64,000 nt of DNA, taken from contig CAXXRD010000001.1 in NCBI GenBank assembly GCA_963663895.2, forward strand, positions 448,001 through 512,000, in the 5' to 3' direction. Below, piece after piece: positions 34,001 to 44,282 of the stretch. The position numbers and the translations under genes are program-made. The notes beneath the pieces were generated by a model, which saw only the letters and a list, made by a program, of their open reading frames with translations, was not told where the DNA came from and searched no databases. The stretch is from Dehalococcoidia bacterium. GTDB taxonomy: Bacteria; Chloroflexota; Dehalococcoidia; Bin125. Positions within the stretch are counted from its first letter, which is position 1; every line of letters starts with the position of its first letter.

Positions 34001-34321
34001 CGGCACCTGCGCGCCACGCTGGAGAGCCCCCTCTTCGCCCGGGTGCGCGCGGCGGATCAGGTCGAGCGGGAGCTCCCGCTTGTGCTGGTCGACGCCGAGC
34101 GCGTGATCGAAGGGTACGTCGACCTGGCGTTCCGCGATGAAGAGGGCTGGGTGATCGTCGACTACAAGAGCACGCGCAGTCCTTCCCCAGAAGCCATGAC
34201 GGCATATGAAGGGCAGATCAGGGCTTACGTCGAAGCGTTCCAGGGGACGGGCGTCCCGGTCCGCTCGGCCTTCCTCCTCTTCACGGCCACGGGCGAGAGC
34301 CGCAAGGTTTCCCTGCCATAG
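31094..34321 (+). CDS. addA: AddA-like UvrD helicase-nuclease
   Basis: AGAGSGKT; TFTEKAA; DEFQDT; GDPKQSIYRFR; TIHQAKGLEF; LYVAATRAR; C-terminal GYVDL...DYKS; ATGA overlap. Confidence 0.85.
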   Translation: MSKRLPADQAVRDSAIRDLDRSIFLRAGAGSGKTSVLVGRLIEAVRTGRAELRQIVAITFTEKAAGELRDRVRRELYRTLRAVEGEEAECLRRALGQVDAAHIETIHAFASSLLRERPLEARLDPHFRVLDAVGEQLAFEQAWQDWLWSERDPEARPRVERCLRLGMSLDTLRDLTHRITETRDLDPRQSIAAPPAATTVYDALRSKLEDLIAASREEGESPQARKLLDQLHGFEGLAPPALEAALTQLQITPPRSGRRGGEARLRQDEAWRALKEQHQQYAEAVRTQALTELIAVAYRFVVDDAERRRREGTLTFEDLLIRARDLLVESPSAREYFRQRFKFLLIDEFQDTDPLQAEIVLLLAGQGSATHWREAEVTPGRLFIVGDPKQSIYRFRRADIDIYAEVEDLFQRHPQGAAASRVDTLDVNFRSRPDLVAWHNHVFQALIRPDPDFIRAQPAYRPLRAHREDAGTAVIRLLPSSGVQWPRIKEAREEEARTIVRFIQTVVKTDELEVTVRESDGVTPRRPRYRDICLLVRNRTGLELYSAALEGQGVPYHLDSGRGFFLQQETREAAALLTALDDPSDEVAVVATLKSAPFSASDVELLEFAQAGGRFRIDAAALPASYNGPLRDHYAVLLQLLQQKAKMPLPVFVDHVFRETHLLEIQLARRSSQRAANLHLIVQRAADFAANEVDSLRPFVRWLSTQTRTDLAEAEWPVTEADEDVVRILTIHQAKGLEFPIVVLAKLASAQTPDRTIAVVNRERGTIDFQIGRRDARFQTPHFAEEQVRQRRYETAEERRLLYVAATRARDFLVLPTFFTNRAKGYHNDLEETLPGWMTLDYDVQAPGMDNVRMEELVPVPSTMPPTPRPDVAGTRARWQAAREQALKVGAATRAFITPSRIGEDRLKEPRETAPRRWDETGSEGGRHLGTLIHEALRTAALADLPLSIERGRSLCLERGQSELADEVERHLRATLESPLFARVRAADQVERELPLVLVDAERVIEGYVDLAFRDEEGWVIVDYKSTRSPSPEAMTAYEGQIRAYVEAFQGTGVPVRSAFLLFTATGESRKVSLP

Positions 34322-34451
34322 CGTCCGGCGGCGCGCGGACTCGACGAGGGCGAATGTCTTTCAGGCAACGCCTGATCGCTCCCCATCCCACCTGCCGCCG
34401 GAATCGGTTATCTTGGCTAGCGACTCCAAACGCGAACGAAGGGGCGAGAAC

Positions 34452-36149
34452 GTGACTGAGCTGAGCGGAGCGCAGGTGGTTGCGCGTGCGCTACAGGACC
34501 AAGGCATTAACGAACTCTTTGGCCTGATGGGCATCCCGGTGGTGCCGGTGGCGCAGGCGGCACAGCGCGCCGGCATCCGCTACATCGGCACCCGCCACGA
34601 GGCGGCGGCGGGATACGCAGCGCAGGCGGCCTCGTACATGAGCGGGCATATCGGCGCGGCGCTGGTCGTTTCGGGGCCCGGCGTCACCAACGCGATCACG
34701 ACGCTGGGCAACGCGCAAGAGAACGCCTGGCCCATGCTGCTGCTCGGCGGCTCATCGGCGCTGGATCTGACAACGCGCGGCGACTTTCAGGAGTCTCCCT
34801 CCCTGGAGCACGTGCGACCCTTCGTGAAGTGGTCCGGGCGGCCCACGAATGTCCGCTTGATCCCGCGCTTTATCGCCACCGCGGTGCGCGAGGCGCTGGG
34901 CGGCCGACCGGGTCCCGTGTACGTCGACCTGCCCGGGGACGTCGTCTACGACAAGGCGGACGAGAGCGAGATCGAATGGACGCCACGAGTGCCGCCGCCG
35001 CCGCGGCCGGAGGTAACGGCCGAGAGCGTGAGCGCAGCGATCGAGGCCCTGAAGAGCGCGGAGAGTCCGCTGATCATCGTGGGCAAGGGCGCCGCCTGGG
35101 CGCAGGCGGAAGCAGAGCTGCGGGAGTTCGTCGACAAAACGCAGGTGCCCTTCCTGCCCACGCCCATGGGAAAGGGCGTAATCCCGGACGACCACCCGCT
35201 CTCGACCGCGGCAGCGCGAAGCTACGCGCTCCGAAACGCCGATCTGGTGTTCTTAGTAGGAGCGCGGCTCAACTGGATCTTGCATTTCGGCCTGCCACCA
35301 CGCTTCAAGGAAGGCGTGCGCGTCATTCAACTGGACATCGCCGGCGAGGAGATCGGCAGGAACGTCCCCACCGAAGTGCCGCTGGTCGGCGACGCGAAAG
35401 CGATCATGGCGCAGCTCAACGATTACTTGGAAGCGCATCCCTGGGAATTGCCCGAAGACAACGAATGGAAAGCGGCGCTGCGCAGCGAGGCAGACCAGAA
35501 GCGCCAGACCACTGCTTCAATGCTCGCATCCGACGAGCTTCCCATGAACTACTACCGCCCGCTCAAGGAGATCGACGAGGCGCTGCCGCGCGACGCGATC
35601 GTCGTCTCCGAAGGCGCCAAGACAATGGATATCAGCCGGCAGGTGCTCAACAACTACTTCCCTCGCTCCCGGATCGACGCGGGGTCTTGGGGAACGATGG
35701 GAGTCGGAGGCGGGTTCGCCCTGGCCGCGCAGGTAAAGAACCCCGACAAGCGCGTGATCGCCCTTGAGGGCGACTCCGCGTTCGGATTCGACGGCATGGA
35801 GATCGAAGTGGCGGCACGCTATGGGCTGCCGATCACCTGGATCATCTTTAATAACAACGGCATCGGCGGCGGGCCGCCTGCCTTCATTGAAGGCCGGCCG
35901 CCGCCGGTCGGCGCTTACGTGCCGGACGCCCGCCACGACAAGCTGATCGAGGCATTCGGCGGCAAGGGGTACCGCGCCAACACCCCGGAAGAGCTGCGCG
36001 CGGCGCTGCAGGAAGCGCTTACGAGCGACGGGCCGACGCTGATCGATGTCGTGATCAATCCCAAAGCCGACCGTCGCGCGCAGGAGTTTGGCTGGTGGCC
36101 CTCGGGCGAGACGCACGCCAAGCAGGAAAGCCCCACCAAGAAAGCCTAA
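34452..36149 (+). CDS. ThDP-dependent 2-hydroxyacyl-CoA lyase / oxalyl-CoA decarboxylase family
   Basis: GIPV; RHE; VSGPG; GARLNWILHFG; DAGSWGTMGVG; EGDSAFGF...NNNG. Confidence 0.88.
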   Translation: MTELSGAQVVARALQDQGINELFGLMGIPVVPVAQAAQRAGIRYIGTRHEAAAGYAAQAASYMSGHIGAALVVSGPGVTNAITTLGNAQENAWPMLLLGGSSALDLTTRGDFQESPSLEHVRPFVKWSGRPTNVRLIPRFIATAVREALGGRPGPVYVDLPGDVVYDKADESEIEWTPRVPPPPRPEVTAESVSAAIEALKSAESPLIIVGKGAAWAQAEAELREFVDKTQVPFLPTPMGKGVIPDDHPLSTAAARSYALRNADLVFLVGARLNWILHFGLPPRFKEGVRVIQLDIAGEEIGRNVPTEVPLVGDAKAIMAQLNDYLEAHPWELPEDNEWKAALRSEADQKRQTTASMLASDELPMNYYRPLKEIDEALPRDAIVVSEGAKTMDISRQVLNNYFPRSRIDAGSWGTMGVGGGFALAAQVKNPDKRVIALEGDSAFGFDGMEIEVAARYGLPITWIIFNNNGIGGGPPAFIEGRPPPVGAYVPDARHDKLIEAFGGKGYRANTPEELRAALQEALTSDGPTLIDVVINPKADRRAQEFGWWPSGETHAKQESPTKKA

Positions 36150-36338
36150 GCCCCGGACCATTCGGGGCGCCGCCGCCCGCTGCGCACCCTCGCCGGCCTA
36201 CTCGGGTCCGCCAGCCTTCCGGTCCAGGCGGAGGACGCGCGCAGGGCTCTTGGCACGGCCAAGGGATCGCCGGCAGCCAAGAGGCCGAACGCCCCTATGC
36301 CATGCGCAAGAGCCCGGTGGGTCGCTGGGGAACTCGGA

Positions 36339-37454
36339 CTATCCCTGGCGCCACTCGACTTCGGTAGTGACTTGGATCCAAAAGGCCTGACCGCTTGTCA
36401 GGCGCGCGAGGGCGCTGACACTCGCCGGCGGGCCGCTCCAATACGAAACGTACCGTTGGCTACGCGCGTCGAAAGCGTGAATCGCGTCCACGGCGTCCTC
36501 AATATCCGCGATCGCCTCCTGAACGGACCTGCTCGGCCCCGTCCACGTCACGAGATTGAAGCCAGGCTGGAGCGTGATGGTGCGTTCCTCCAGCAGGGCC
36601 GGACGGTCCCAAACAATGCCGTGCGGATCACCCACGTAAACCAACACGGCATCTCCTCGCTCGACCGCTTCGAGATCATTGCGGGCGCCAGGGCGGCTCG
36701 GCGAATAGCTCTGATACGACTGCGTCTCTTTGGAGAAGGCAAGTACGACACCGATACCGTCTTGGATGGGCTGAAGAGCGGTTGTGAAGTCAGCATCGCT
36801 GGGCCAGGCAATGAAGTTCCAACCTGGGAAGAGAAAGTCGGGATCACGGTTATCCAGTCGTGTTTGCGCAGTGAACGTGACGCCGGCGTGCGCATTCGGC
36901 TCGGAGGTGTCGGCCAGTTCCGTACCTTCCAATGCGAAACGGCCGACGAAGGGAACGGTGCCTTCAATCAGCCCTGATCCGTGCGTGCGATGGACGGCGA
37001 TGTGCAGGTGCGCGAGCCCGTTGTTCCCGGCATAGAACGGCGGAGCGACGACGCCGAGCGGTTGCCCGCGAGCCACAGACTGCCCACGCTGCAGTCCGGG
37101 GTCGGGAAACAGGTGGCAGAGCAGCACGCTGAAATCGCCGTTGCGGATGGTGACACAGGAGTTGCTGGACCAGCTCAACACGCCGTCCCACGGCGAGAGC
37201 ACCACTGTGCCCTCGGTCGGCCCATCAGTACGAACAACGTCAATGGCATGGGGGTCGGGATAGCGGTCGGAGGGGTTGTGTGTGTACGTGTTGTAGCCCG
37301 CGATAATCTTCCAGTGCGTTCCGGCAGGAGCGGGAAAGCCCAGATCGTTCTCGGCGGCACGCGCCGAATCGTCCGCGTTGACCAGACTCGGCATCGCCAA
37401 CGCGGCAAGAATCACTCCTAGCGCGATGAACCAACGTGTCTTCGCTCGTGACAC
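36339..37454 (-). CDS. Secreted M23-like peptidase with C-terminal L.PG(W/F)N repeats (start uncertain)
   Basis: Signal peptide; HAID, CHL, HLH; two PGWN/PGFN modules. Confidence 0.7.
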   Translation of the reverse strand: MSRAKTRWFIALGVILAALAMPSLVNADDSARAAENDLGFPAPAGTHWKIIAGYNTYTHNPSDRYPDPHAIDVVRTDGPTEGTVVLSPWDGVLSWSSNSCVTIRNGDFSVLLCHLFPDPGLQRGQSVARGQPLGVVAPPFYAGNNGLAHLHIAVHRTHGSGLIEGTVPFVGRFALEGTELADTSEPNAHAGVTFTAQTRLDNRDPDFLFPGWNFIAWPSDADFTTALQPIQDGIGVVLAFSKETQSYQSYSPSRPGARNDLEAVERGDAVLVYVGDPHGIVWDRPALLEERTITLQPGFNLVTWTGPSRSVQEAIADIEDAVDAIHAFDARSQRYVSYWSGPPASVSALARLTSGQAFWIQVTTEVEWRQG

Positions 37455-37585
37455 TGCTTCTCCGAACACGAGAGAAATGCGGTAATAGAGTGGTTCTGTC
37501 AAGTCTAGCCCGGCTTCGACTGTCCGTGCGACCCTACGGACGAGAGTTCGTTCGAGCAGTAAATCCAAGAAAGCGAGGAGGGTTG

Positions 37586-38542
37586 GTGGAATTTCGCAGA
37601 CTGGGCCGCTCGGGGCTCAAAGTGTCCATAGCCGGAATCGGCTGCAACAACTTCGGAATGCGCATCGACGAAGAAACCAGTGGAGCAGTGGTCCGAGCGG
37701 CCTTGGACGCGGGCGTCACGCTCTTCGACAGCGCCGATGTCTACGGCAACGGGCGCTCGGAAGAGTTCCTCGGGCGGGCGTTGGGGACGGAGCGCAACCG
37801 CGTGATCATCGCGAGCAAATTTTCCTGGCCCATGGGCCAGGGGCCCTACGAAGGGGGCACCTCGCGCCGATACATCATGCGCGCCGTGGAAGCGAGCCTG
37901 CGCCGGCTGGGGACGGACTATCTCGACCTCTACCAGGTACACCGGCCCGATTGGGAGACCCCGATCGAGGAGACGCTCGATGCGCTGAACGATCTCATCC
38001 GGGACGGCAAAGTGCGCTACATCGGCTCGTCGGCGTTCACGGGTTGGCAGATCGCCGACGCTGATTGGACGGCGCGCACGCGGCACCAGAGCCGGTTCAT
38101 CTCCGCTCAGAACGAGTGGAGCATGCTGGAGCGGACGATCGAGCCAGACGTGGTCCCGGCCTGCCGGCACTTTGGCCTGGGCGTCCTCCCCTACTTCCCG
38201 CTCGCGAACGGCTTCCTCAGCGGCAAGTACCGCCGGGGAGAGCCCTTCCCCAGCGGCAGCCGCTTGGAAGCGTGGAAGGACCGTTTCGGACACGTCGCGT
38301 CGGACGAAAACTTCACCCGTTTGGAGCAGCTCACCACGCTCGCGAACAACCGCGGCCACACGATGCTGGAGCTGGCGATCGGCTGGCTGGCGACGCGGCC
38401 CGTGGTTTCGTCGGTGATCTCCGGCGCGACAACGCCCGAGCAAGTCAAGGCGAACGCCGCCGCTGCCACGGCTTGGCGCCTCTCCGATGAGGAGATGGAC
38501 GAGGTCAACAGCATCCTCGCGCCCGTCGGATATCCCGCGTGA
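37586..38542 (+). CDS. Aldo/keto reductase
   Basis: LGRSGLKVS; FDSADVYG; SLRRLGTDYLDLYQVH; PLANGFLSGKY; RBS GAGGAGG. Confidence 0.92.
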   Translation: MEFRRLGRSGLKVSIAGIGCNNFGMRIDEETSGAVVRAALDAGVTLFDSADVYGNGRSEEFLGRALGTERNRVIIASKFSWPMGQGPYEGGTSRRYIMRAVEASLRRLGTDYLDLYQVHRPDWETPIEETLDALNDLIRDGKVRYIGSSAFTGWQIADADWTARTRHQSRFISAQNEWSMLERTIEPDVVPACRHFGLGVLPYFPLANGFLSGKYRRGEPFPSGSRLEAWKDRFGHVASDENFTRLEQLTTLANNRGHTMLELAIGWLATRPVVSSVISGATTPEQVKANAAAATAWRLSDEEMDEVNSILAPVGYPA

Positions 38543-39441
38543 GGCTGCGCTCGCTGATCGGCGCAAGCCTGGCCCTGGGGGCCGGGGCCGCCTACTACGC
38601 ATGGCGTGAGTCAAAGTGGGTCGACCTCACCGAGACCGTGATGGAGGTGCCCGAGCTTCCGCACGGCTTGGAGGGGCTGCGCATCCTCCACATCTCCGAC
38701 ACGCACTTCCCAGCCGATGGCGAGTCACTCCCTCGCTTCCTCAACGCGGTGCGTCAGCTCCGCTACGACGTCGTCTTCGGAACGGGCGATTACGTGGAGA
38801 GCGCGGCAGGATGGCCGGTGGCGGTCGAGGCGATGCGGCGGATCGAGCCGGGACTGGGGATCTATGCCGTGATCGGGGGCCACGAGCGCTATCGGGCGAT
38901 CGAAGGGGCAGGCGGTGCCGCCGCCTGGGCCATGGACTTAATCCTCGCCCGGCGTCCGGCCGACCGCGACCCCTCCCCCTTTGTGGAGGCACTGCGCGAG
39001 TCTGGCATACGCGTCCTCATCAACCAAAGCGCCGCCGTCGAGATCGGGGGGGAGCTCGTGCGCCTTGTGGGCATTGACGACGCCTACCACGGCCTCGACG
39101 ACCTGCCCGCCGCACTGAGCGAGCAGGGAAAGGACAGCTCACCGAGCTTCAAGATCCTCTTGAGTCACACACCGGATGGCGTGCTGCATCCCCTGGCGCG
39201 GAGGATCCCCGTCGCACTGACAGGGCACACGCACGGCGGCCAGATCCGCGTTCCGTTCTACGGCGCGCCCGTGCGGCACGCACAGAGCGTGGGCCGGAAG
39301 CGACCCGCAGGCCTGATGCGGATCGGGGAAACGCAAACCTACGTCAGCCGAGGGTTCGGCACCAGCGGGATCCCGCTGCGGTTCGGATGCCGCCCTGAAC
39401 TCGGCGTCGTGGAACTGCGCCGGCCCGCCCGGCCCCTGTAG
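38539..39441 (+). CDS. Metallophosphoesterase (YkuE-like)
   Basis: SDTH, GDY, GGHE, LSHTPD, GHTHGGQ, SRGFG. Confidence 0.85.
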   Translation: MRLRSLIGASLALGAGAAYYAWRESKWVDLTETVMEVPELPHGLEGLRILHISDTHFPADGESLPRFLNAVRQLRYDVVFGTGDYVESAAGWPVAVEAMRRIEPGLGIYAVIGGHERYRAIEGAGGAAAWAMDLILARRPADRDPSPFVEALRESGIRVLINQSAAVEIGGELVRLVGIDDAYHGLDDLPAALSEQGKDSSPSFKILLSHTPDGVLHPLARRIPVALTGHTHGGQIRVPFYGAPVRHAQSVGRKRPAGLMRIGETQTYVSRGFGTSGIPLRFGCRPELGVVELRRPARPL

Positions 39442-39452
39442 CTCGAGCAGCG

Positions 39453-40217
39453 ATGCGGTTTATCGGCGTCGACTTGGCCTGGAGCAACCGCAATCCGAGC
39501 GGGGTCGCAGTGGTGCGCGGCGATCAGCACGGGCTGTGCTCGGAGTGGACCGAATCGATCACGGGCGTGGAGGAGATAGCAGCCCGTCTCCAGCTGCTGC
39601 AGGGCGACTGGATGCTGGCGATCGACGCGCCGCTCGTGGTGCCAAACTGGGACGGGACCCGCCCATGCGATCGGGAGCTGTCGCGACGCTACGGTCGCTA
39701 CCACGCCGGTTGCCATCCCGCCAATCGCAGGAAGCTGGGCGCCGTCGCGCCTGCGGAACGGCTCGTCCGGCGGCTCGCGGGTACCGGCGTCGAGCGTTTG
39801 CACCAGCCGTCCGGTCGCCGACGCATTGGCGGCCGCTGGGCCTTCGAGGTGTACCCGCATCCAGCCATGATCGAGCTCTTCCGTCTCGATCGAATCGTGA
39901 AGTACAAACGCGGGCGAGTCGGGGAGCGCCGAGCGGGACTCACGCGACTTTCGCAACTCCTGCGGCAATGCCTGCCGCGGCTGGACCCGCCGCTCCGATC
40001 GAACGCAGCCAGCGAGGCGCTTTTCGGCACGGACCCAGCCGATCTGCGCGGGCGCGCCCTGAAGCGTTTTGAGGATTGTCTAGACGCCGTCTTCTGCGCC
40101 TACCTGGCAGCGCATTGCTGGGCCTGGGGCAGCGAGCACAACTTTGCGATCGGGGACGGATCCCACGGCTCGATCACCCTGCCCAGTGGGCGGCGAGAAT
40201 CAACAGAGCGCTCGTAA
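39453..40217 (+). CDS. DUF429 (RNase H-like predicted nuclease)
   Basis: IGVDLAW; AIDAPL; R.CD; EVYPHP; YK; D.LDA..CA. Confidence 0.82.
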   Translation: MRFIGVDLAWSNRNPSGVAVVRGDQHGLCSEWTESITGVEEIAARLQLLQGDWMLAIDAPLVVPNWDGTRPCDRELSRRYGRYHAGCHPANRRKLGAVAPAERLVRRLAGTGVERLHQPSGRRRIGGRWAFEVYPHPAMIELFRLDRIVKYKRGRVGERRAGLTRLSQLLRQCLPRLDPPLRSNAASEALFGTDPADLRGRALKRFEDCLDAVFCAYLAAHCWAWGSEHNFAIGDGSHGSITLPSGRRESTERS

Positions 40218-40271
40218 CCGGCGGTTTATACTTCCGTGCAGCGCCCGAGATGCTCCCGGGGAGAGTGCATT

Positions 40272-41948
40272 GTGTTTGATGCCGAAACGCTGAAGAGACT
40301 GCGCGGCTCGCGTGAGCGATGGGATGCGGCAGTCGAGACGGAAGGCCGCGAGGGACCCGGGCCTTTCATGACGACCTCTTCTCGCCCGATCCAGCGGCTC
40401 TATGATCCCACGGACCTTGCCGACGCCGACTTCGACCACGCGCGCGACCTGGGCCAGCCAGGCGAGTATCCCTTCACTCGCGGGATTCACCCGACGGGCT
40501 ACCGGGGCAGGCCCTGGACGATTCGGATGTTCAGTGGATTCGGCAGCGCCGAAGAGACGAACGCGCGTTATCACGATCTGCTTCAGCACGGACAGTCCGG
40601 CTTGAGCATCGCCTTCGACATGCCGACGCTCCTCGGCTACGACCACGACCAGCCACACGGCGAGGGCGAGTTCGGCCACTGCGGCGTGGCCGTCTCATCG
40701 CTTCCGGATATGGAAGCCTTGCTCCGCGACCTCCCACTCGATGCGATCACGACCTCCATGACGATCAATTCGCCGGCAGCCGTGCTCTGGGCGATGTACA
40801 TCGCAGCGGCAGAGCGACGCGGCATCGACCGCAAGGACTTAGGCGGCACGCTGCAGAACGACATCCTGAAGGAGTACATCGCCCAGAACGAGTTCATCTT
40901 CCCGCCGCGCCCCAGCATGCGGCTGGTGACCGACACGATCGAGTTCGCGACGAAGGAGATGCCCAAGTGGAATACCGTCAGCGTGAGCGGATACCACATC
41001 CGCGAGGCCGGCTCGACCGCGGCGCAAGAGCTGGCCTTCACGCTGAGCAACGGCTTCGAATACGTCCGTTGGGCGCTGGACCGCGGTCTGGATATCGACG
41101 CCTTCGCGCCGCGGATATCGTTCTTCTTCAACGCCCACAACGATTTCTTTGAGGAGATCGCGAAGTACCGGGCCGCGCGCCGGATCTGGGCCCGCGAGAT
41201 GCGGGAGACGTTCCACGCCAAGAGCAAGCGCTCATGGTGGATGCGGTTTCACACGCAGACGGCCGGGGTCGCCCTGACCGACACGCAGCCCGAGGTCAAC
41301 CTCATGCGCGTCACCATCCAGGCGCTGGCCGGCGTGCTGGGGGGAACACAGTCGCTGCACACGGACGCCATGGATGAAGCGCTCGCGCTGCCGAGTGAAA
41401 AGGCTGCCAGGCTCGCGGTACGCACACAGCAAGTGATCATGCACGAGTCGGGCGTGACCAACACCGTGGACCCGCTCGGTGGCTCGTACTTCGTGGAGGC
41501 GCTGACGAACGAACTCGAGCGGGACGCGTACGACTACTTCCAGAAAATCGAGGCGCTGGGCGGCGTGATCCCCGCGATCGAAAGCGGTTTCTTCCACCGG
41601 GAGATCGCGGATGCGTCCTATCGCTACAACCGCGAGATCGATGACGGGGAGCGGGTGATCGTCGGCCTCAACAAGTTCCAAGTCGATGAGCCGATCGACA
41701 TCCCGATCCTGCGAATCGACCGCGAGGGCGCGCATCGCCACCGCGAGCGCCTGCAGCAACTCCGCAACGAGCGCGACGCTGCAGCCGCGCAGCAGAGCCT
41801 GCAACGCCTGGCGAACGTTTGCCGCGATGAGCGCGAGAACACGATGCCGTACATCATCGACGCGGTGAACGCGCACTGCACCCTCGGCGAGATTATGGAC
41901 ACGATGCGCGAGGTGTTCGGCGAGTATCGCGAGGTGCTCGTCGTTTAA
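40272..41948 (+). CDS. B12-dependent acyl-CoA mutase, large (substrate-binding) subunit
   Basis: PGEYPFTRG; AFDMPT; TSMTIN; QNDILKEY; SGYHIREAG; GGTQSLHT; DPLGGSY; no B12-binding domain. Confidence 0.9.
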   Translation: MFDAETLKRLRGSRERWDAAVETEGREGPGPFMTTSSRPIQRLYDPTDLADADFDHARDLGQPGEYPFTRGIHPTGYRGRPWTIRMFSGFGSAEETNARYHDLLQHGQSGLSIAFDMPTLLGYDHDQPHGEGEFGHCGVAVSSLPDMEALLRDLPLDAITTSMTINSPAAVLWAMYIAAAERRGIDRKDLGGTLQNDILKEYIAQNEFIFPPRPSMRLVTDTIEFATKEMPKWNTVSVSGYHIREAGSTAAQELAFTLSNGFEYVRWALDRGLDIDAFAPRISFFFNAHNDFFEEIAKYRAARRIWAREMRETFHAKSKRSWWMRFHTQTAGVALTDTQPEVNLMRVTIQALAGVLGGTQSLHTDAMDEALALPSEKAARLAVRTQQVIMHESGVTNTVDPLGGSYFVEALTNELERDAYDYFQKIEALGGVIPAIESGFFHREIADASYRYNREIDDGERVIVGLNKFQVDEPIDIPILRIDREGAHRHRERLQQLRNERDAAAAQQSLQRLANVCRDERENTMPYIIDAVNAHCTLGEIMDTMREVFGEYREVLVV

Positions 41949-42020
41949 GCCCGGCGCGAGTCGGCCGAGACGCGCCGCGAGGACGGCAGCGACTGCGCAC
42001 ACCCACGATCTCGCCGTCGG

Positions 42021-42464
42021 TTACAGGTCGAGCCGGCCCCAGCTATTAACGCGGTCCGGCACTAAGCGGATCACCGGCCGATCGTCGAGCGCCATCTCCC
42101 GGTATTGGGGGTACTTCTCACGGAGGGCGGCGATGGCCGCGCGATGCTCATCGCCGGACGCAAGCGTGTCCGCACGGCCCCGCAGCATCACCCAGGCCAG
42201 CCGCGACCAGTCTTCGCTGTAATGGTCGAGGACCAAGGCAGCCTGGGGATTGCGCTCGATGTTGCGGAGGCGGCGGAGGCGGGTGGTCGCCTTGGGCTTC
42301 TCGTCGATCACGATGTAGATCGCGCCCTCACGCTCCGCGAAACAGACCGGCACGACGTGGGGCATGGCCTCCGTGTCGCTGGTCGCCAGATGTCCAACAC
42401 GCCGCCGCGTCACGAAGGCCCGCACTAAAGGATCCAACGGCATGGCCCTCATATCGCCGGGCAT
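42021..42464 (-). CDS. PPOX-class putative F420-dependent oxidoreductase (Rv0121-like; start may be 42443)
   Basis: LAT...PHVVPVCF; IDEKPK; RLRNI..NP; DHY.EDW..L.WV; KYPQY. Confidence 0.85.
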   Translation of the reverse strand: MPGDMRAMPLDPLVRAFVTRRRVGHLATSDTEAMPHVVPVCFAEREGAIYIVIDEKPKATTRLRRLRNIERNPQAALVLDHYSEDWSRLAWVMLRGRADTLASGDEHRAAIAALREKYPQYREMALDDRPVIRLVPDRVNSWGRLDL

Positions 42465-42524
42465 GGAGAGCGCCCGCTAGACTGCCTGAACCATCTCAAG
42501 AGGCAGGATAGCGGGAGTTCAGGC

Positions 42525-42998
42525 ATGGCAACGTTGGCGTCGATCGAGCGGCAGTTTGCCTACGACGAGTGGGCCAACGACCGCACCCTGCGCACCCTCA
42601 AGGACTTGGAAGCGAGCCGCCCGACCCTGATCGGCACCTTCGGGCATATCTTGAACGCCAAGCGCATCTGGCTCGACCGCATTGAAGAGATCAAGTCCGG
42701 GTGGCCCGACGGCTGGCCCAATTTCACGCTGGAAGAATGCGAGTCGCGCAACGCGGAGGTCAACGCAGCGTTCCACAATTTCTTCGATCGCGTGCAGGCG
42801 GAAGATCTCGACCGGACGGTTTTGCTCCCATGGAGCAAGGGAGACCTGAAGACGCCGTTGCGTGAGGTCCTCACGCATCTGATTACCCACAGTATGTACC
42901 ATCGCGGCGAGATCATGGCGGGTGCCGGGCAGACCGGCGCTAAAGTACCCAGCACGGACTACGTGATCTGGTGGAACAAAACCTACCCGCAGGAATGA
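42525..42998 (+). CDS. DinB family protein
   Basis: Y..WAN; HI..A..IWL.R; H...H..YHRG. Confidence 0.82.
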   Translation: MATLASIERQFAYDEWANDRTLRTLKDLEASRPTLIGTFGHILNAKRIWLDRIEEIKSGWPDGWPNFTLEECESRNAEVNAAFHNFFDRVQAEDLDRTVLLPWSKGDLKTPLREVLTHLITHSMYHRGEIMAGAGQTGAKVPSTDYVIWWNKTYPQE

Positions 42999-43011
42999 CT
43001 GGGAGGCCATC

Positions 43012-43302
43012 ATGGCGGACCGCCGCAAGCTGACAGATGCCGAGATCGAGCAATACTTAGCGCAGGCGCCCGGCTGGTCAGTCGCGGATGGGAAGCTGCG
43101 CCGCGCCTTCCAGTTCGACAGCTTCGTGGAAGCCTTCGGGTTCATGTCCTCCGTCGCGCTGGCTGCGGAGAAGATGGACCATCACCCTGAATGGTTCAAC
43201 GTGTACAACCGCGTCGTCATTGACCTGAACACGCACGATGTGGGCGGCATCAGCCCACTCGACTTCGAACTCGCAGCGCGAATCAACGGCCTGGCGCCTT
43301 AG
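43012..43302 (+). CDS. phhB: Pterin-4-alpha-carbinolamine dehydratase
   Basis: [24 protein letters not shown]. Confidence 0.9.
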   Translation: MADRRKLTDAEIEQYLAQAPGWSVADGKLRRAFQFDSFVEAFGFMSSVALAAEKMDHHPEWFNVYNRVVIDLNTHDVGGISPLDFELAARINGLAP

Positions 43303-44282
43303 CGAGCGAGGAACCGCTCCAGCTGCGGCCGGGTGATGTTCGACCCCGAGATCACCAGCACGACCTTGCGCCCGCGCAAGCGGTCGGCCTCTTGCAAGGC
43401 CGCCGCCGTGCTACAGGCACCGGCCGTCTCCGCCAGCGTGTGCGCCGACTCGAGCAGCGTGACCACGGCTTCCTCGATCCGGCGATCGTCCACAAGGACA
43501 AAATCGTTGAGGCCGTCCCGCAGGATCGCTTGGGTGAAGACAAACCCCACGCCCGTCGCTACGCCATCCGCCATCGTCTCGTTGGGCCGCGTCACGGGCT
43601 GGCCGCCACGCCAGGAATCGTGCGCGGCCGGCGCCTGTGCAGACTGCACGCCCCAGATCTCCAGCGACGACCCCAATCCATCGCGGACCGTGATCCAGCC
43701 GCAGGCGCCCGACCCACCCCCGACGGGCACGATCACGACCTCGGTATCGGGCTGCTGGCTGGTCAGCACCTCGAGCGCAGCGGTACCGACTCCCGCGGTC
43801 AGATCCGGCTCGTTGGCCGCATCAACATAAAACATCTCATGCTCGGCGGCATACGCCGCCGCCCATTCGTGTGCCTCGTCGTAGTGCGCGCCTTCGTGGA
43901 TCACGCGCGCGCCCAGCCGCTCGATATTGGCCACCTTGTCTCGGTTGGCCGCTCTCGGCACGACAACCACGGCCGGCACCCCGAGGACGCCCGCAGCGTA
44001 GGCGATCGACTGCCCGTGGTTGCCCGTTGAGGCGGTGACGACGCCGGACGCCCGCGCTCGCGCATTGAGCTGACTGACCAAGTAGAGCCCGCCGCGAATC
44101 TTGAACGCCGAGATCGGCGTGACCGATTCCAGCTTGAGCGAGACGTGTGCGTCAATGCGCTCCGATAAAGCAGGCTGGTAGACCAGCGGCGTCGGAAGCG
44201 CGAGATGCGGCGCGATGATTCCCGCCGCGCGGCGGACATCCTCGATCGTCGGACGCTCTCGTGTTTCCAGCATCACCGCCAC
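43299..44282 (-). CDS. Threonine/serine dehydratase family PLP enzyme
   Basis: AFKIRG; STGNHGQ; PVGGGSG; SGSN. Confidence 0.88.
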   Translation of the reverse strand: MAVMLETRERPTIEDVRRAAGIIAPHLALPTPLVYQPALSERIDAHVSLKLESVTPISAFKIRGGLYLVSQLNARARASGVVTASTGNHGQSIAYAAGVLGVPAVVVVPRAANRDKVANIERLGARVIHEGAHYDEAHEWAAAYAAEHEMFYVDAANEPDLTAGVGTAALEVLTSQQPDTEVVIVPVGGGSGACGWITVRDGLGSSLEIWGVQSAQAPAAHDSWRGGQPVTRPNETMADGVATGVGFVFTQAILRDGLNDFVLVDDRRIEEAVVTLLESAHTLAETAGACSTAAALQEADRLRGRKVVLVISGSNITRPQLERFLAR

